24,000 bases of DNA from Nevskiaceae bacterium (GTDB lineage Bacteria; Patescibacteriota; Saccharimonadia; Saccharimonadales; UBA4665): assembly GCA_035526505.1 (NCBI GenBank), contig DATLCF010000001.1, forward strand, positions 133,144 through 157,143. Reading direction: 5' to 3'. Below the pieces are notes generated by a model. It had not been told where the DNA came from and did not search any database. It saw only the letters and a program-made list of their open reading frames with translations. The stretch's first letter is position 1; each line of letters starts with the position of its first letter. Shown one piece after another: positions 22,089 to 24,000 of this stretch. The position numbers and the translations under genes were made by a program.

Positions 22089-23225
22089 CTATTCTTCGTC
22101 AAGGGCTGCTTTGTAAACAATAAGGGTTTCTTCGGCCATCTTGTGCCAGGAGTATTTTTTTAGTTGTTGCTGGCCGTTTTTGATGAGTTTTTCGCGCAGG
22201 TTTTTATCGTCCAATACCTGGGCGATTTTTTTTGCCATGTCGGCAGGGTCTTCGGCGTTAAAATAGTGGGCTGCCGGGCCGTACACCTCTGGCAAGCAGC
22301 TGGCGTTGCTGCTGGCAACGGGTGCGCCGTGGGCCATGGCTTCCATGGCGGGCAGACCAAAACCCTCGCTTAAGCTGGGGAATACATAACACAGTGTGTG
22401 CTGGTACAGCCACTTGGCCTCGTCGTCGGGCAAAAAGCCGGTAATGATGATGTTTTTGGCTCCCGCGTGGTTTTGTTTGATTTGCTGTTCCAGCTCAATA
22501 TAGTGTTTTTCCTTTTTGCCCACTAACACCAGCTTGAGATCCGGCCGCTGTGCGTGTAATATGTCGAACGCTTCGATCAGTTTGAGTAAATTTTTGTGCG
22601 GGAAGGCATTGCCCAAGTACATGATGAATTGGTCGTGTTCGCCAACCAGCTTGGGCCGTTTAGCAGCTGTTTTTAGCGGCGGTTCGCTGGATTCATAGGT
22701 AACCACCAGCTTGTTTTTGATACTTGGCTGGTAGGCGGCCACATCCGTGGCCACGAACTTGGTAGGCACAATGATGCGCTTGGATTTAAAGTGGCTCCAG
22801 CGTACCAGGAACCGATACAGTCCCATCTTGAACCAATACACCGGCAAGGGCGTGGTACCCCGGCGCACAAAGTGGAACATGGTAAGGTCGTGGGTGGTGG
22901 TAACAATACGGCCAAAGTAGGGAACTGGTTGTTGGGTCATTAAGAAGTGTACGAGATCCGGCTTAAGCGATGTAAGCAGTAGAGTGAATTGTATTTGGTG
23001 TAGGGGATTGAGCGAAAATTGAGGGAAGGGGCAGGGGAGGGCATGGAAATTGGCAGAGCGGGGGAGCCATGGATCGTCCGGGGCCACCAAAATAGTGTAG
23101 CGGTGCACGTGGTCGATGTTTTGCAAATGTTCAACCAACCGGTCGCCGTAGCGCCCGGTACTGGCGCGCCGAAAACGGTTGTCGATAACAATATGGTTCT
23201 GGCGTGGCGTGTGGGTTTTGGGCAT
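22089..23225 (-). CDS. Family 1 (GT4-type) glycosyltransferase
   Basis: 378 aa. The C-terminal half has FPSLSEGFGLPAMEAMAHGAPV (E-x7-E region), typical of GT-B glycosyltransferases. Confidence 0.85.
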   Translation of the reverse strand: MPKTHTPRQNHIVIDNRFRRASTGRYGDRLVEHLQNIDHVHRYTILVAPDDPWLPRSANFHALPCPFPQFSLNPLHQIQFTLLLTSLKPDLVHFLMTQQPVPYFGRIVTTTHDLTMFHFVRRGTTPLPVYWFKMGLYRFLVRWSHFKSKRIIVPTKFVATDVAAYQPSIKNKLVVTYESSEPPLKTAAKRPKLVGEHDQFIMYLGNAFPHKNLLKLIEAFDILHAQRPDLKLVLVGKKEKHYIELEQQIKQNHAGAKNIIITGFLPDDEAKWLYQHTLCYVFPSLSEGFGLPAMEAMAHGAPVASSNASCLPEVYGPAAHYFNAEDPADMAKKIAQVLDDKNLREKLIKNGQQQLKKYSWHKMAEETLIVYKAALDEE

Positions 23226-23238
23226 GCGATTTCTCTGT

Positions 23239-23259
23239 TAACAGGGGTCACCCCTGTTA
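23239..23259. promoter_or_regulatory. Perfect 9-bp inverted repeat in the divergent GT / O-antigen-ligase-like intergenic region
   Basis: TAACAGGGG-TCA-CCCCTGTTA, 14 nt upstream of the GT start codon (minus strand). Confidence 0.4.
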
Positions 23260-23345
23260 TTTCGATACTCTCATTGTAGCATGGCCATCTGCCCGGTTCG
23301 CCGCCCCGCCCCCTGCCGCGGCTGATATACTAGGGGGTAACGACC

Positions 23346-24000
23346 ATGGACATCCAAACTTTTCGACAGATCCCATACAAGCTTAGCCTGACTTTTTTGG
23401 CATACATGCCGTTCCACGTATTTTTGGTGCAATCGCTGAGCCTTGCAACCGGCGGCTTGGATATATGGAAAGCCAGCAAAGACGTGGCCTTGGGTTTAGC
23501 AACCGTGTTCGTAGTTTGTTTGGTTTATCAGCAGCGCAAGGCAAGCAGGTTATTTGGTTTACTGGTGGGGTTAGCCCTTTTGTATGGGGGGCTACATCTG
23601 TTATTGTGGGCGCTTCATCCTGACCTTTACCGCCCCACCGCGATTTTGGGTTTTGTTTACAACACACGGGTGCTGTGTTTTGCCGTATTGGGTATGGGCG
23701 CATCCCTGTTGTTATCTAATGGTCCATATATGCGAGCGGTATTACGCTGGACGCTGGCAGTTAGTACGCTGGTAGCAATCTTGGGTGTCATCCAATATTT
23801 TTTGCCAAAAGATTTTTTGACGCACTTGGGGTATAGCCTGGAGCGCGGTGTACGCCCTGCGTTTTTTATCGATGACCAACCGGATTTACCGCGTATTATG
23901 TCTACCCTGCGTGATCCTAACTCGCTGGGTGCCTACCTGGTGCTGCCCATAACTGCCCTGTCGGTTTTGCTGCTGCATGCCAAAGATATATATAAGCGGC
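23346..24000 (+). CDS. Polytopic membrane protein, O-antigen ligase/polymerase-like (partial; runs off the window)
   Basis: Not in the ORF track because no stop is reached. My own translation from the ATG at 23346 is open to the window end: MDIQTFRQIPYKLSLTFLAYMPFHVFLVQS ... LRDPNSLGAYLVLPITALSVLLL. It has multiple TM helices and a RDPNSLG motif like Wzy_C/O-antigen ligase proteins. Confidence 0.55.
   Translation, partial: MDIQTFRQIPYKLSLTFLAYMPFHVFLVQSLSLATGGLDIWKASKDVALGLATVFVVCLVYQQRKASRLFGLLVGLALLYGGLHLLLWALHPDLYRPTAILGFVYNTRVLCFAVLGMGASLLLSNGPYMRAVLRWTLAVSTLVAILGVIQYFLPKDFLTHLGYSLERGVRPAFFIDDQPDLPRIMSTLRDPNSLGAYLVLPITALSVLLLHAKDIYKR

Overview
This window reads as the chromosomal replication-origin neighbourhood of a compact genome, probably a CPR/Patescibacteria (Saccharibacteria-like) bacterium; that assignment is inference from gene content and packing. 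The right half is a classic origin block: recF, dnaN and dnaA on the minus strand, diverging from rpmH-rnpA-yidC-jag on the plus strand. DnaA-box-like clusters lie on both sides of dnaA. A four-helix-bundle (23S rRNA IVS / Avd-like) gene sits between dnaN and recF. A GT4 glycosyltransferase and a partial O-antigen-ligase-like gene are at the right edge.

The left 15 kb (about 600-15615) is the interesting part, a Gram-positive-type type IV secretion (T4SS)-like locus. It has six tandem, translationally coupled VirB2/TrbC-like pilin paralogs on the minus strand. These diverge from a plus-strand operon encoding:
- a VirB6/TrbL-like polytopic protein with a Cys-rich ectodomain
- two orphan hydrophilic proteins
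- a PrgI/VirB3-like protein with a long P/Q-rich tail
- a P/Q-rich protein whose C-terminal domain resembles a VirB4 N-domain
- a VirB4 ATPase
- a 1046-aa membrane-anchored M23 peptidase
- a secreted papain/C39-like hydrolase
- a small anchored protein

No relaxase, coupling protein, integrase, tRNA or flanking repeat is visible, so it does not look like an ICE. An Hsp20 gene with two terminators lies at the left edge. No rRNA, tRNA, CRISPR array or transposon was seen. All functional calls rest on motif recognition by eye; no database search was run.
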